Of a stretch of 64,000 nt of DNA, positions 43,217 through 60,232 are shown one piece after another. The stretch spans positions 209,994,001 through 210,058,000 of the forward strand of contig OZ024742.1 of assembly GCA_964016885.1 (NCBI GenBank), read 5' to 3'. Numbering within the stretch: position 1 is the first letter of the stretch; the number at the start of each line of letters is the position of its first letter. Below the pieces are notes generated by a model. The model was not told where the DNA came from and did not search any database. It saw only the letters and a program-made list of their open reading frames with translations. Both the position numbers and the translations under genes were made by a program. Origin of the DNA: Eledone cirrhosa. Taxonomy: Eukaryota.

Positions 43217-43487
43217 AAGAATGAGAAATAAGATAGATTCAGGGGACGGGCGAGTTGGAATTGGAAAAGAAATGTCTTTAGATAAAAATAACAGGTCCAT
43301 TCATGTTGACATCTCTTGCAAAACTCTTGGTACTGGCGTTTTATGTATGATTTATTTTTTAGAAAAGTTGATGATATAGCGCGTCTATTCATACATATAT
43401 TTAAACATATATGTATACATATATACACACATATTTACAGAGAGATATATGTGTGTGTGTGTGTGTTTGTGTGTGTGCGCGCGTGTG

Positions 43488-43557
<70 letters not shown>

Positions 43558-43649
43558 CGAAAGAGAGAGAGGGGAAAGGCAACGAGATAAAATGAAAGAA
43601 GTAGAATATTGCTTTGAAATTGCCATCTGTATGTTTGAGAGATCATGAG

Positions 43650-43687
<38 letters not shown>

Positions 43688-44791
43688 TATTTTTTTTTTT
43701 TTAATGCGAACATACATACATACTCACACACATACATACTTGCATACACACACACACACATATATCCATACATATATACATACACTTACATACATACATA
43801 GATGTGTGTGTATTTCTGTTTTCCTGTGTGTGCATGTTTGTGCATGGTTGTATGGTAATGTACGTATAGATTTTTCTCCTACATCGGAAATGTAATTTGC
43901 TTGGGAATGTCAAGTCAAAGCGAAGGAAACTGAACCACCGGAACACTACAACTCCAGCCACATGTGATACGTCAAAGATTTTAATCGATAAAATAAAAAT
44001 CAATACCTTTTTTTTTATTCTGTTCCACTTTTCTTCCTCCTTCTCCACCGCCGCCACCACCGCCAACAGTCTCTCTCTTGTTTCCTGTGTACATCTATCA
44101 TCCTATATTTAATTTTGCCCCACCCCTCCTTCATATTGCGTTTGCTTTCTGTTGCTTTGTATAATTAGTTTCATGTAAGCATGTGTGTGTGTGTGCATAA
44201 AGAGAGTGAAAGAGAGATGTATATATATATATATATGTTTGTATGAGTGTGGGTGTGTGTGTGTGCATATGTATATATATATGTGCGTATGTATGTGTGT
44301 GTGTATATATATGTGTGTGCGTGTGTTATGTCTACAATCGTTTCAATAAGGATAGATGTAGTATCAATCAAATAAATTAATTAATCAATCAGTCAATCAA
44401 TTAATTATCTAAATGCCACAAAAACATATTGTTCGGAAATATAGATCAATTAACTGAGTTATCTAATCCCGTTAAGACAATACATAGGTAAGCATTCAAA
44501 GAAAACATTAGTAAAATAAAAGGTGAGTTGCGAAGAATAGCGTGTAAATTTAAGCATTTTGCGGGATAATATAGTGTAAGAGGCAAAATATTGTTAGAGA
44601 GAAGCTGAAACGGAATTGAAAATCTCCACGCATAACGAAAATAATATTTAAAATTACGTGTATGTATAAACATTTTGGTAAAAGTTACTACACCATCTCA
44701 ACATATAATAACTCATTAAGTATTTAATGTAAAGAGGTTATTAAATTTTAAAATGGTCTAATGACTTTTGGAACACCCTTCTCTATTTCTT

Positions 44792-45338
<547 letters not shown>

Positions 45339-45451
45339 TCTCCATATTTTCTCCGGATTTTAAAACACACTTTATTATACGTTGAGCAATCTCTGACGTC
45401 GGTTGACTCCATCCAATGCAACTACTTAGTAACATTGGAATACAAATTTAC

Positions 45452-45490
<39 letters not shown>

Positions 45491-45537
45491 TAATATAGAA
45501 ATGGCTTCTACAGAACTGTTTCCTTCGAAAGAAGTAA

Positions 45538-45580
<43 letters not shown>

Positions 45581-45584
<4 letters not shown>

Positions 45585-45683
45585 GTGTCCCAAAACTATA
45601 TATATACACACTTCAAAAGCATTCTAATAAGTATTGAATGTACAGGTAATCAAAGTGCCTATACATGTTTTGAGGACACCCTC
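45581..45683. mobile_element. Small Tc1/mariner-type MITE
   Basis: Imperfect TIRs CAGAGTGTCCCAAAAC and GTTTTGAGGACACCCT next to (TA)n. Confidence 0.5.
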
Positions 45684-47232
45684 TCTCTATATATATATAG
45701 ATATATTTCTTGTTTTATTAGAACGATTAACTAAGTAACAGACAAAGTACAGAGAAGCAATATAAATCGACTAAAACCCTTGAAGGCCTAGCATTACTGT
45801 AGCCAAATGATTGAAACCTATAAAAGAACTAATGAAAATTCTGTATATGTACATGTACTTATGTGCTCTTGCGAATGTTGCAAACGCATGCATATATGGA
45901 TATGCGTGTGCACGTTTGCATATATTTATGTACAACAATAGGCATAGTAATTACAAGTACTTGTTAAAACGTAAAAGAAAATTTCAAACTTTAGCTAAAA
46001 CTCTTACATTACTCCCGAGACTTTCATGATTTACAAGATTCTGTCTGAAAACTTAATCGAAAATCTAGTTCCCTGAATGATATATGCCATCTGTGTAACT
46101 GATTTGCATTAATCTAGTGCGCTAATGAAATTGCTGCAGAGTATTTCATTCGAAACAGGTGGACAATTTGATATTCATTTCGTAGAGGATATATTGAAAA
46201 ACGATAACCCACTTTGGAAGCTAGTTGCCTGACTTGGGCAATAATTTTGTACATTTGAACGCTTCCGCAAATTTACAGTCTCTAGATTGTTGACACTGCT
46301 GACAGAATAATCGAGCACGGTTGTCTGCTTTCATATATTTGTCTTCTCTCTTTATGTTAATTTGCTCAGATAGCTACCAGTAGTACATCGAATTATGAAC
46401 ATTTGTTAAAGTCACGCTATGTTACTTAAATCACTAATTTCCTTCTCTTCTTGTTCCTGGTTATAAAATTTGTGTTTTGTCGTCTTTCTTTTTCACTTTT
46501 CTCTTCTATTTAATTTTCTTTTTAGTATTGTTGTTGTTGTTGTTGTTGTTGCTGTTGCTGTTATTGTTGTTGTTGCTTTTGTTGTTGTTGTTGAACATTC
46601 GCAACATAATTAACTTCTACCAAAGCAAATTATGCTTTTAAAATCTTTCATACACGTATAAAGTCTGCTAGAGCTAATTTGAGCCAAATATTTATAAATG
46701 TTTTCATTTTGCTAGTTCCGTCAGTTCAATTCCGTCGGTTAAATCTGACCGAAACGAAAATATTCGATATCCACAAGCAAGTTGTTTTCTTTCTCTTTCT
46801 CTTTCAACATTTCAACATTTAAAACTGTTCTGAAATAAAATACTATGAAGCGGCATCTTAATAAGTGTTTGCCATATTGGCAAACTAAACAATTTATGTT
46901 TACTTCTCAAATTACTATCGTACCTACATTACATGAAGTGGGTAAGGCGTTCGATTCACGATCACAATGTCATGGGGTTCGATTCCTGATCTGAGTGGCA
47001 CATTGTGTCCTTCAGCAAAACACTTCACTTCCCCTTTCTCCAGTTAACTCAGCTGAACATGAGCACCAGCAGCTGCAGCAACAGGAGTTCAGCCTGCAAT
47101 AAACTTGCATCCCATCCAAGGCAGAATCTTGAATCCACAGTCGCTTATCGCCAATGGAACTGGAATACGTTCCGGCCTGACGAGCCTTCGAGTTTGGAAG
47201 ACATTTTAACCTTTTTTAAACTACATTACAAA

Positions 47233-47265
<33 letters not shown>

Positions 47266-47267
47266 AA

Positions 47268-47318
<51 letters not shown>

Positions 47319-47916
47319 TCAAAGTGACTATTTTTAATCATATCACGGATTAATATCATATATTGAGATTTAGTATTATTCTGTCGGAGGTTTTTTCACT
47401 AGAAACTGAGGTTTCTAGAATATTCGTATGAGCCAGTGTTTTCTCAGTTCCTTGATTTATTTTCCCCAGCTCTATTATCATACAGTATAGCCAAACTCTC
47501 TTGATTTGAATAGTTTGAGTGATCACTTTCCGAACAACGGCAAAGCACCATTAATGAGACTGAATACCTACCTCAAACATGTTTAGAGGCAAATTACAGT
47601 CACTGCAAATGCAAACATCGGTATTCTGTCTGTAAAGAAATTGAGCATTGCAACAAAAATATTTTACTCTACATAAAGTAACAATAATATTGATTTCGTA
47701 CTTTTGCTAAAAGACAATGATCAAACAAAGCGAAGCAAAGTTGAACGAATCGGCTCCTAGTATGTTACTGGTTTATATCTCATCTACTTTGAAGGGATAA
47801 AAGGCAAAATTATCCTGTATGAGATTCAAGCTTAGAACGTAAATGGATATAACTAAATACCATAAAACATTTCTCCAGTGATCAACTGTTTCTGCCGTAT
47901 ACCATCATTATATCAA

Positions 47917-48107
47917 TAATGTTTCTATTTTTGGCACAAGGCCAGCAATTACTCCACTGCATTACTGATGCTTTATTTTATCGATCCCGTAAGGATGAAA
48001 AGTAAAGTTAACCTCAGCGGGATTTGAACTCAGAACGTAAATGGCCATAACTCTATGTTGAAAAACATGGCGTCTGACACTCTACTGATACTGCCAAACC
48101 ACCGCCC
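47917..48107 (-). mobile_element. Major SINE, diverged, with TSD
   Basis: Consensus match; flanking direct repeat TTATATCAATAAT. Confidence 0.85.
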
Positions 48108-48859
48108 TTATATCAATAATAATACTGATATAATTCGTACAAATCGAAATGAATTATAAATACAGTACATACGAAAATAACAAAGGTATTTTAAAATTCT
48201 GGGTAGAAAAATAATGTGATATACACACAATATATGTGTGGCTGGCTACTTGCTACCAGACTTGAAAATGAAATGCATATAACATCGAGCTTCAACATAA
48301 AGACCACATGCAAGCTCTTATACAATATCTGGTCTATTTGACGATACATTTTATGTTGGAAGCTATTTAAAATAATCTGCCAATGAATATCTACATTGTT
48401 AAAAGATAGATGTACACCTACACTAGAAAATCTTCCAGCTCTAGTCTATCCTCATATCCATTAAGTGGGATGAATGATACACATCTGAAAGGTGATCCAA
48501 AAACAAATATGGTGTAGCAATCAAACCGGATGGGGGAAATGGCTGCGAACTCCTCTGACATCAAAGATGAGGAATATAAACTGTACCTTGATTATATATA
48601 GTGAGATCTCTAATAGATAGACATGTGTTAAAATCAATTATGTATATTTAGATTATGTATGTATGTGTGTAAATATACATATGCGTGAGCACATGTGTGC
48701 GTGTGTGTATAAATGCATATGTATACATATGCAAATGTGCTTGTGCGTTTGCGTGTCCGTATCTGTAAACCCACGTGTGGGTGTGCTTCTAATTAAAAGA
48801 AAATGCAGTTATATCTACATTAAATTTACTTGAAATAAATGCATACACCAAATCATCAA

Positions 48860-49010
48860 AATCCTATCAAGATCATGTGTGAAAACACAAATGCCGATGT
48901 AACAGATTTCATCGAAATAGTTACTGGTGTTTTGCAAGAAGACACTTTAACCCCGTACCCCTTTGTTGTCGTGCTGGATTACACTATGAGAACATTCATA
49001 AATGGAAAGA
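48860..49010 (+). pseudogene. RTE-like LINE reverse transcriptase fragment
   Basis: TDFIEIVTGVLQEDTLTPYPFVVVLDYTMR resembles RT motif B (GVLQGDTLAP). Confidence 0.7.
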
Positions 49011-49757
49011 AAGAAATGTGTGTGTTTGTGTCTATGTGTTTATATTCCGTAAACACATCGGTGAAATAGATACCATACTTTATAAATGGTTCTACGGTCT
49101 ATATGATCAACTAAATCCTTTCAAGTTGGTGCCCCAGAATAGCCGCAGCTTAAGAAATCAGTAAAAGAGTATGAGAATGCGTGCGCGCGCGCGCACGCGC
49201 GCGCGTGTGTGTGTGTGTGTGTGTGTGTGTGGATAGGGTCAGTGTTGATCTAAATATCACATAAAATTTTATTTTATTTAGAATATATACTGATATAGTT
49301 TATGAATATGATTTGTACAAATTTTCTTTCGGAACATATCTATAGAGTATAACTATAAGACTAAAGTTATAACTGTTTTAATATTGATCATATTTTGGCA
49401 CAAAACCGTACATTTCTAAAAGTAAAGTCGGAGCTAACTTCTTTAATGTGCGCCAAGAAATTTCAATTTGTTAAAATCATTGTCTTAATGACTACACCTG
49501 ATCAAAAGGCAGGAGAAGCAGTCTCAGAATTAAAATTATTTAAATATAGAATCTTTGGCGATGCAATGACAAGTCCGCACATGTTTCAGCCATATTAGAT
49601 CTATTCATTTAAGTATCGTCTAACCGTTGTGACAAGATCTTAAAATGACTAGAAATATTTTAAGTTTTGAATGAATGAACAGTGTGAAGTGTGATAACAC
49701 ATAAAATAACTATGGAAGCTCTCCCCAAAACGCCTGCTACATGAAACATTAATAGTG

Positions 49758-49971
49758 GTTTCTGATTTAGGCGCAATGCCAGCAATTTGAAGGGAAGGGA
49801 AAAGTCGATTAAAGCGACCCCAGTGTATTACTGGTGTTTTATTTATCGACCCCGTGAGGATGAAAGGTAAAGCTAACCTCGGCGGGATTTGAACTCGAAA
49901 CGTAAAGGGCCGTAACTCTATGCCATGAAGCCTGATGTCTGACGCTCTACCGATACTGCCAATCCACCGCC
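49758..49971 (-). mobile_element. Major SINE (longer variant) with TSD
   Basis: Flanked by CTACATGAAACATT(A/G)ATAGTG direct repeat. Confidence 0.88.
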
Positions 49972-52447
49972 CTACATGAAACATTGATAGTGAAGTAGGC
50001 GCTAACATACTTGTTTAAGAAAACTGAATTGTATGACATTCATGCTTTTCTCGAACTCATTCGTAGCATAAATGAAATAAATTAGCATGAACTATGAATC
50101 GAAACCTCATATTTATGCTACATTTATGCTACATTTTCTGTCGTTCTCTGTGGAGATTTCTATTATATATTTATTATCTTCTTTGTGTTCTTTGGTTACC
50201 ATCCTTCACTAAACTGACAGTGTAAACAATATTTTATGAGATGCTTTTCTTGGTGTTGTTGTTATTTTTATTATTGTTGCTGTTGTTCCACTAATACTTC
50301 TTATTTTCTTCTTTAGTTGCTGCTGCTACTACTACTACTACTACCATTACTACTACCAGTACTACTAATACTACTACTAATACTACTACTAATACTACTA
50401 CTAATACTAATACTACTACTAATACTACTTCTGCTGCTTCTTCCTCTTGAATTCAGAAAATTTCAATGATTTCTGACTCCGTATTCTGAAGCCCATTGTC
50501 TGTGATAAATATTGGAAAGGTTTCTATTTAAGATCCTTTTCGGCTATAAAATAACAATTATTGTTATCCAGATGCAGAAAGTTTCTGGCCATAATTATAT
50601 TGCAGAAGAGTGATATTCCACGATAAGATTTCAATGGTATTTAATATTATGAATAAAATCCAAGTTAACAGTTACAATTTGTTGAAAGGAAGCATCGATT
50701 TTTCCTCAGTCTGCCAATCTTTCAGGCGACGCTATTTACTAGAAAATATTCTTACATAAAATTCCACTAACATAGTTTCAAGATTTTATGTCTTGGCGGT
50801 CTATACTTTTGATTTTTGGTGCTTTAACTAAAGAGACTAAGATGAGAACACACACACACACATACACATGCATGCACGCACACACACACACATTTGTTGA
50901 AACACACTCAAACCCACAAACAGCGTCTCCAAGGTGACGGCAATTATTTCAAGTTGAAGTTGAAGATAGCAGGCTTCCGCTAATTAAGGTTATAGTCAAA
51001 TAAATATTTCTGTTCAGAGAATTGCCTCTTAAAACTACCCTAGTGAGTGAGTTGAAAAATTGTGACAGGAATACATAAAGCTAAAAATTGATTATGATCT
51101 TAAGTATCAGTAGCCATCTTATTTCTTTAAATAGCACTTTTTCTGTTTATTTATTTAACTCACATCATTCTTTTTTTCTTTTTCGATGAGACAGCTACAA
51201 CAAATTTACTCAACTCTTTCGTTCTGGCTTTCAACCAAACTTAGATTCCAGAATCACTTCGCTTCTTCATTAAGTTTTACTATTAGTCCGCCTGCTTACT
51301 ATCTTTATTATTGATTCTCTCAAGAGATCTAATATTAGATCTAAGGCAAAGTTATCAACGGAACGATTCAAATTCACAACTCCTTCAAGGAGATTAGAGG
51401 AGCAGAAACTAATTTCATTATTGAAGTTAATGCTGAATATAAACCATTTGGGACTGAAGTTCGATCCTCGTAGTTTATTTTTTATATACTTGTTACTTTA
51501 TTCTTTAGTCGGAAAGAAATAGTAGTACCAATGGCCTTTAAACATCCCCATTGTCTAAGGTTGTCGATGCTGCTTGTTCTCAGTTTGATTTCGATGGGTT
51601 ATGCGTATAGAGAAACATATCGGCAGCGGATAAGTTGCTGTGAACTACAGTTTTGGGTAGGGATAGTTGGACAAATATTTTATGCAATTTATTTGAGGGG
51701 AGGTGTGTCGACAGGGGAAGAGTGATAAGAAAGTCGGTTATATTGAAGGTTAATAGTAAGTAGCCGGCATGTTTAAGGAGCAGAAGTTGTTTAATTGCAG
51801 CGTTAGAAGAAGCAAATAAAGAAAAAATACGTGAACTGCTCGGGAACGAATCGTTAACAATCAGCTGGATTGCGATGCAATCTAGAATATTTTTGTGTTC
51901 GTAGCAACAGTGATTTCTTATGTAATGCATACTGATTGATTTTATTGTAGATATCTCATATTACAGTCTACATTTGTAGATTTTTGGTATTGCAGAAAAT
52001 GGGCTTGAATTTCCACTCCAACACAACGTAGCCATATATTTTATGGCTGACACTGCAAATGTGTTGATAACAGAGAAAATGTTGCTATTGAGATGAGTTT
52101 GAAAACTTGTTTGGCTCTGTCAAAATAACTATTTTTCATTCACATTCGCTCAGCTTTTACAGACAATTTTACTTTCATCTATGCCTGAGTATTTATAGAA
52201 AACAGTATTGTCTAGCTCCTATATTATCTACCATTGTTGGAGTTCCAAATCATCTGCTTGGTTTCCTAATCTGATTCATTTTATTGTCACCTTCCAGCAT
52301 TTTCCAATCCAAAGAACATCTTAATCTCCTTACTAAATTGCTTGACAACACCGAAGAGACTTAAGTTAGGATTTATTTGCAACATACCATTCATGATGAA
52401 GAAATTCATGGTGAACATGGTTGCCCCTCTTCCTCTCTTTCTCACTC

Positions 52448-52507
<60 letters not shown>

Positions 52508-54247
52508 GTACTCCACATTGACCTTTTAATTAGTCACTCAAAGGCCATGTACTGTCAAATAAGAATATTTCAGTAGATATCCCTGTATGTCCGGAATTTG
52601 CAATTATAGCATTGTTGTCTGCCGCAAAAAATGTCTACCAGTTTCTTTTTGTGTTTTCAAGAAGTTCATGAATTGGTTCACTTCTAGCACGTTTATGAGC
52701 CGTTCATACAGGACCGAATGAAAGGCCTTCTCATTGTTGCTTCGAGTTCAAGACAGGTTACTTTTGCGTACTTTCACTTCATCCAGGGCCATCTTCTAGC
52801 TGACAAGGGATTGGTCAATTGTCTAGTAGGATCTGGCAATACACCCATTCTGCTCCATAGTGGTGTTGGGTTGTTTAACCCCATGTAAGCCCTGATCAAG
52901 CAGATCTATGAACACATGCATTCCAGCCATGACCAAACAATCAGTTTTCAGGTGCAGTGTACCCCGATTTACAAGATCAAATATCTCTCATTTTTACGAT
53001 GCTAGCGTAAGGATATTTCACTGGTTTATGAAGCTGACCTAACACCTAATGTCCATATTTTTTTTAAATCATAGAAAGCTTCATCATTCACACCATTTCC
53101 TTTTTTCCTCTCTCTCTCCAAATCGTAACACGAATTCAAACCACTAGTAGTACTGTAGTTTCTCGTTGTGGCCACAGTGAAAACGAGCATGGTGAAGTCA
53201 GTCAGGGCTCCCGAGTTCGATCCCACTGCGTGTCATCTAGGGCAAGTGTCATTTACCATAGCCTCGTGTAGACCCCAGCCTTGAACGTGAAATTGGGTAG
53301 AGAGAAAGTGTTTGGAAACCCATCAGATTCACTGTACCTGTAATTCAAAGAGCTAGTCTTGTCACACTCAATCTTCCTGCAAATTACGTTAAAGGTGCGC
53401 GTGTTTGTGCAATACTCAGCTATTTACACGTTAATTTCATAAGCAAGCCGTCGAAACCAACAGAGATCCATTTCATACCTACTGGCTGGAAATGTAATGT
53501 TTGGTGCTGCTTATTATTTTAGTATTTTACCTTCATAGTGTAAACGGTTTGTGAGTGTTATTTGTACAACAATTGTAGTGTTTGTAGTTTATTGTCGAAT
53601 GTGAAGGCGCGTGGCTTAGTGGTTAGAGAATTGGATTCACTCATGAGGGTGTAAGTTCGATGCCCGGAGCGAGCGATGCATTATGTCCTTGAGCAAATCA
53701 CTTAATTTCAAGTTGCTCTTTCTGCCAGGAGTTGCGACCGGCAGCAATGGAAAGATCAATGGAAACATTGTTTCCTTGGTCCGAGTTGACGATTTTCCCC
53801 ACACTCAGTAAGCGAATGAGGTCTTGAAACATGTTGATCGATTCGATCGATCACTCGTGTGCTATAAAGTGTTTAGCTGTGGGCTTTGGGGATTTTCCTG
53901 CTGCATTTTTTGTCAGAGAGACAGAAGTCGCCATGGTGATAACGTAAGTGAATGGTTCACATCTTGCAATTTGGATTCCTGCCTTTTGGGGGCGGGGGGG
54001 CACATATTAGCTTTCCTTGGTAGAAATAGCAGCCAAATATTTCAAACTTCATTCTCCCGTCCTAAAAATGGATGAATACTGTAAACTATATGTTAATTCC
54101 AATATGTAGGCGAGTTCCAGTGTTTTCTATCAAAACAGAAACATATTCAGATATTGCACTATTTACATATAAATTGATGTCAGCTTACGTGGTAGAGCAG
54201 TTGATCTCGTTGTACATCAGATAACATCTCTCACCTTCTCTTCCTCT

Positions 54248-54556
54248 AATAATTGTTTCTACTTTAGGCACAAGGCCAGTAATTACCCAGTACATTACTG
54301 GTACTTTATTTTATCGACCCCGTAAGGATGAAAGGCAAAGTTAACCTCGGCGGGATTTGAACTCAGATCGTAAAGGGACGTCACTATGCTAGAAAGCATG
54401 GCGTCCAACCCTCTACCGATACTGCCAATTCACCGCCAGCACATAATAATTGTTTCTACTTTAAGCACAAGGCCAGCAATTACCCAGTAAAGGGACGTAA
54501 CTATGCTAGAAAACATGGCGTCTAACCCTCTACCGATACTGCCAATTCACCGCCCT
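54248..54556 (-). mobile_element. Major SINE plus an internally deleted tandem copy
   Basis: Full copy 54248-54438; deleted copy 54447-54556. Confidence 0.88.
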
Positions 54557-54897
54557 AATAATACTTACTACTTCTCTCCCTCACGTACTCTCCCCCACAT
54601 ACTCTCTAATTCACTCTCCATCTCTCACCTACTTTCCCTCACGTACTCTTTCTCTCTCGTACTCTTTCATCTACTCCCTCTCTCTCTCTCTCCCTCAGGT
54701 ACTCTCTCCCCCTCTCACATACACTCTCACTCTCCCGTATTCTCTCATTTACTCTCACACGTACTTTCTCTCGCATACTCTCTCTCTCTCTCTCTATTTA
54801 TCTATCTATCTATCTCATACACTCTCTCACATAGTCTATCTCTCGCACTCTTTGTCTCACGTACTCTCCCTTGTGTACTCTGTTACTCTCACGTACA

Positions 54898-54972
<75 letters not shown>

Positions 54973-55823
54973 ATACTTACTGTCTCTTTATCTCCTATTC
55001 CCTCTCGCACTTCTCCTCGCTTTCGCCTTCTTTCTAACTATTTTTCTCCCATTCACTATTTCTCCTTCTTTTTTATTCTATTCTGCGCTCCCTTTCTCCT
55101 TCATTTTGTCTTTCTCTCAATCATTTAATTAGTATTTCTTTCTTTTGTCCTTACACGTTCTTCCTTTATTTCTCTCTCTCTCTCTCTCTCGCTCTCTCTC
55201 TCTCTCTTGCTCTATACTTCACCCTGTCTCCCTTACCTTCATGTCATAAAGAGGAATTGTACAAATGAATTTGTCTGCTTCTGGCTATATGTTAATTAAG
55301 GTTTGAAAAGTAAGGTGAAGAATCTGACCACACACACACAGACACACACAGACACACACACATACGTACACGCACTAACATAAACACACGAACACATATA
55401 CATATAAATATATACAAACAGGTATCCATACACACATACATACATACATACATACATACATACATACATACATACATACATACATACATACATACATACA
55501 TACATACATACTCATATATACATACATAAATAGGCTTACATGTATAAACACTCACACATACAAACACACTCATATATACACACATGCGCATACACGTACA
55601 TACATACAAATAAATTAAATACGTATACATACACGTACATATATGCCTTAGCATACAGTATAGAGGCAAATACTTAAATACATAGCCCTGCACACAAATA
55701 CAAGCTCACGCATACGCAGACATACATGCTCACAAACACTACCATACGGGCGAACATACATATGCATACAAATATACAAATTAACATACACATATATATA
55801 TACACATACATACACGTTCACGC

Positions 55824-55881
<58 letters not shown>

Positions 55882-55990
55882 AAGCAACAATTAAGACAAC
55901 CAATTAACCAGACTTTGATGTCATCTCCTGAAATTACTTCTTTAGTTCCTAAAATACCGAAATACACACACACATATATATATATATATA

Positions 55991-58650
<2,660 letters not shown>

Positions 58651-58651
58651 A

Positions 58652-58697
<46 letters not shown>

Positions 58698-59034
58698 GTA
58701 CATATGTATGTATACTTGTGGATATATGTATGTGTGCATCTATATATGTGTGTGTGTGCATCGATGAATGGTTATACGTATATGCTTGTAAGCATATATA
58801 TTTATGTATGTGTGCATGTATGTATATGTACGTATGTATATATATATATGTGTATGTATGTGTGGATGGATGTAAGTGTATATAGAAGCATGTGTGTATC
58901 TATTTATATGTGTAAGTTTGAAAGAACGAATGTGTGTATATGTACGAATGTGTGTATATGTACGAATGTGTGTATATGTTTGTACTTATATATACGTGTG
59001 TATGTATGCATGTATGTATATAAATATACTTAAT

Positions 59035-59635
59035 GTCAGGCCACCAGTTGGTGCTACTGGTAACATGTATCCCAGTACAACCTGTCTCATGGTCGGGTCG
59101 TTGGCGACTAAACTGGCTACCCCACCAAGGTTTCTTGGTGAGGAGGGTGACTTTGAACATCCTGCAGGACTAAAAACAAAACCTGTCAAAGGAGCTCTTA
59201 AGAGTCAATGGCCATCCAAAATCACCGGGAGAGATGACCCCTTAGCCTTTGTTAAGGCAGAATTCTAGGAGAAGGAAAACTCTGATATAACACCTGCAAC
59301 CCTGGTGGTTACCAATGATGTTGACTTGTTCTTCTTTTTGGTAAATATCATCTTGGTTAAGAGAGTGGGACTGGCTTTGTGCAGTGCCTTTGCTCACTAT
59401 AAAAGCTTCACGGCACAGGCATTGCTTTATATCTGGAGATCTCTCTGCACTTGTCGTCATATGGTACCATGGGCCCAGCACTATGTGTCAATAATTGTCA
59501 CAAGTGTAGTGTTTGTACCAGAGTTTTCAAGTCACTGGCTGGACTAAAAAGTCACACTCGTTCAGCGCATCGGTAGGGATTCTCCTACATGGATATAAAG
59601 TAGTGGCCGTACTTGAAAACGAGTTGGCAGCCACC
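59035..59635 (+). mobile_element. Probable RTE-related element (5'UTR-like region)
   Basis: GC-richer island in microsatellite; homology to 1960-2208 and 34395-34470; CCTGTC..GGCGACTAA and CTAGGAGAAGGAAAACTCTG motifs. Confidence 0.5.
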
Positions 59636-59796
59636 ATATAAATATACATGTACGTAAGTGTGAATGTATGTTTGATTGTGTTCATTACATATACATGTGT
59701 GTGTGTGTGTATGTGTAAACTTGAATAAATGTGTATGCTTGTATGAGCATGTATGTGATTGTACGGGCAGGTGTGTTTGTATGTCATTACAGTAGA

Positions 59797-60232
59797 GGGC
59801 GGTGGATTGGCAGTATCGGTGGAGGGTCGGACGCCATGCTTTCCAGCATAGTTACGTCCCTTTACGATCTGAGTTCAAATCCCGCCGAGGTTGACTTTGC
59901 CTTTCATCCTTACGGGGTCGATAAAATAAAGTACCAGTAATGCACTGGGTAATTGCTGGCCTTGTGCCTAACGTAGAAACAATTACATATGTAGTATATT
60001 TATGTATATAGGTGTTCCTGATTTCATGTATGCATATATGCATAAATAAACATAATTGTTTCTACTTTAGGCACAAGGCCAGCAATTACCCAGTGCATTA
60101 CTGGTACTTTATTTTATCGGACCCCGTAAGGATGAAAGGCAAAGTCAACCTCGGCGGGATTTGAACTCAGATCGTAAAGGGACGTAACTATGCTGGAAAG
60201 CATGGCGTCCGACCCTCTACCGATACTGCCAA
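59797..60232. mobile_element. Inverted (tail-to-tail) pair of near-identical major SINEs
   Basis: Plus copy 59797-59985, minus copy 60053-60232. Confidence 0.92.

Noticed and set aside
50470-50530. Minus-strand PIFITDNG resembling the glycoside hydrolase family 1 motif
   Set aside because: Short, stop-bounded, catalytic Glu absent, no supporting exons
51960-52900. Higher-complexity unique sequence, possible host exons
   Set aside because: No sustained ORF or recognisable domain; needs RNA-seq or BLASTX
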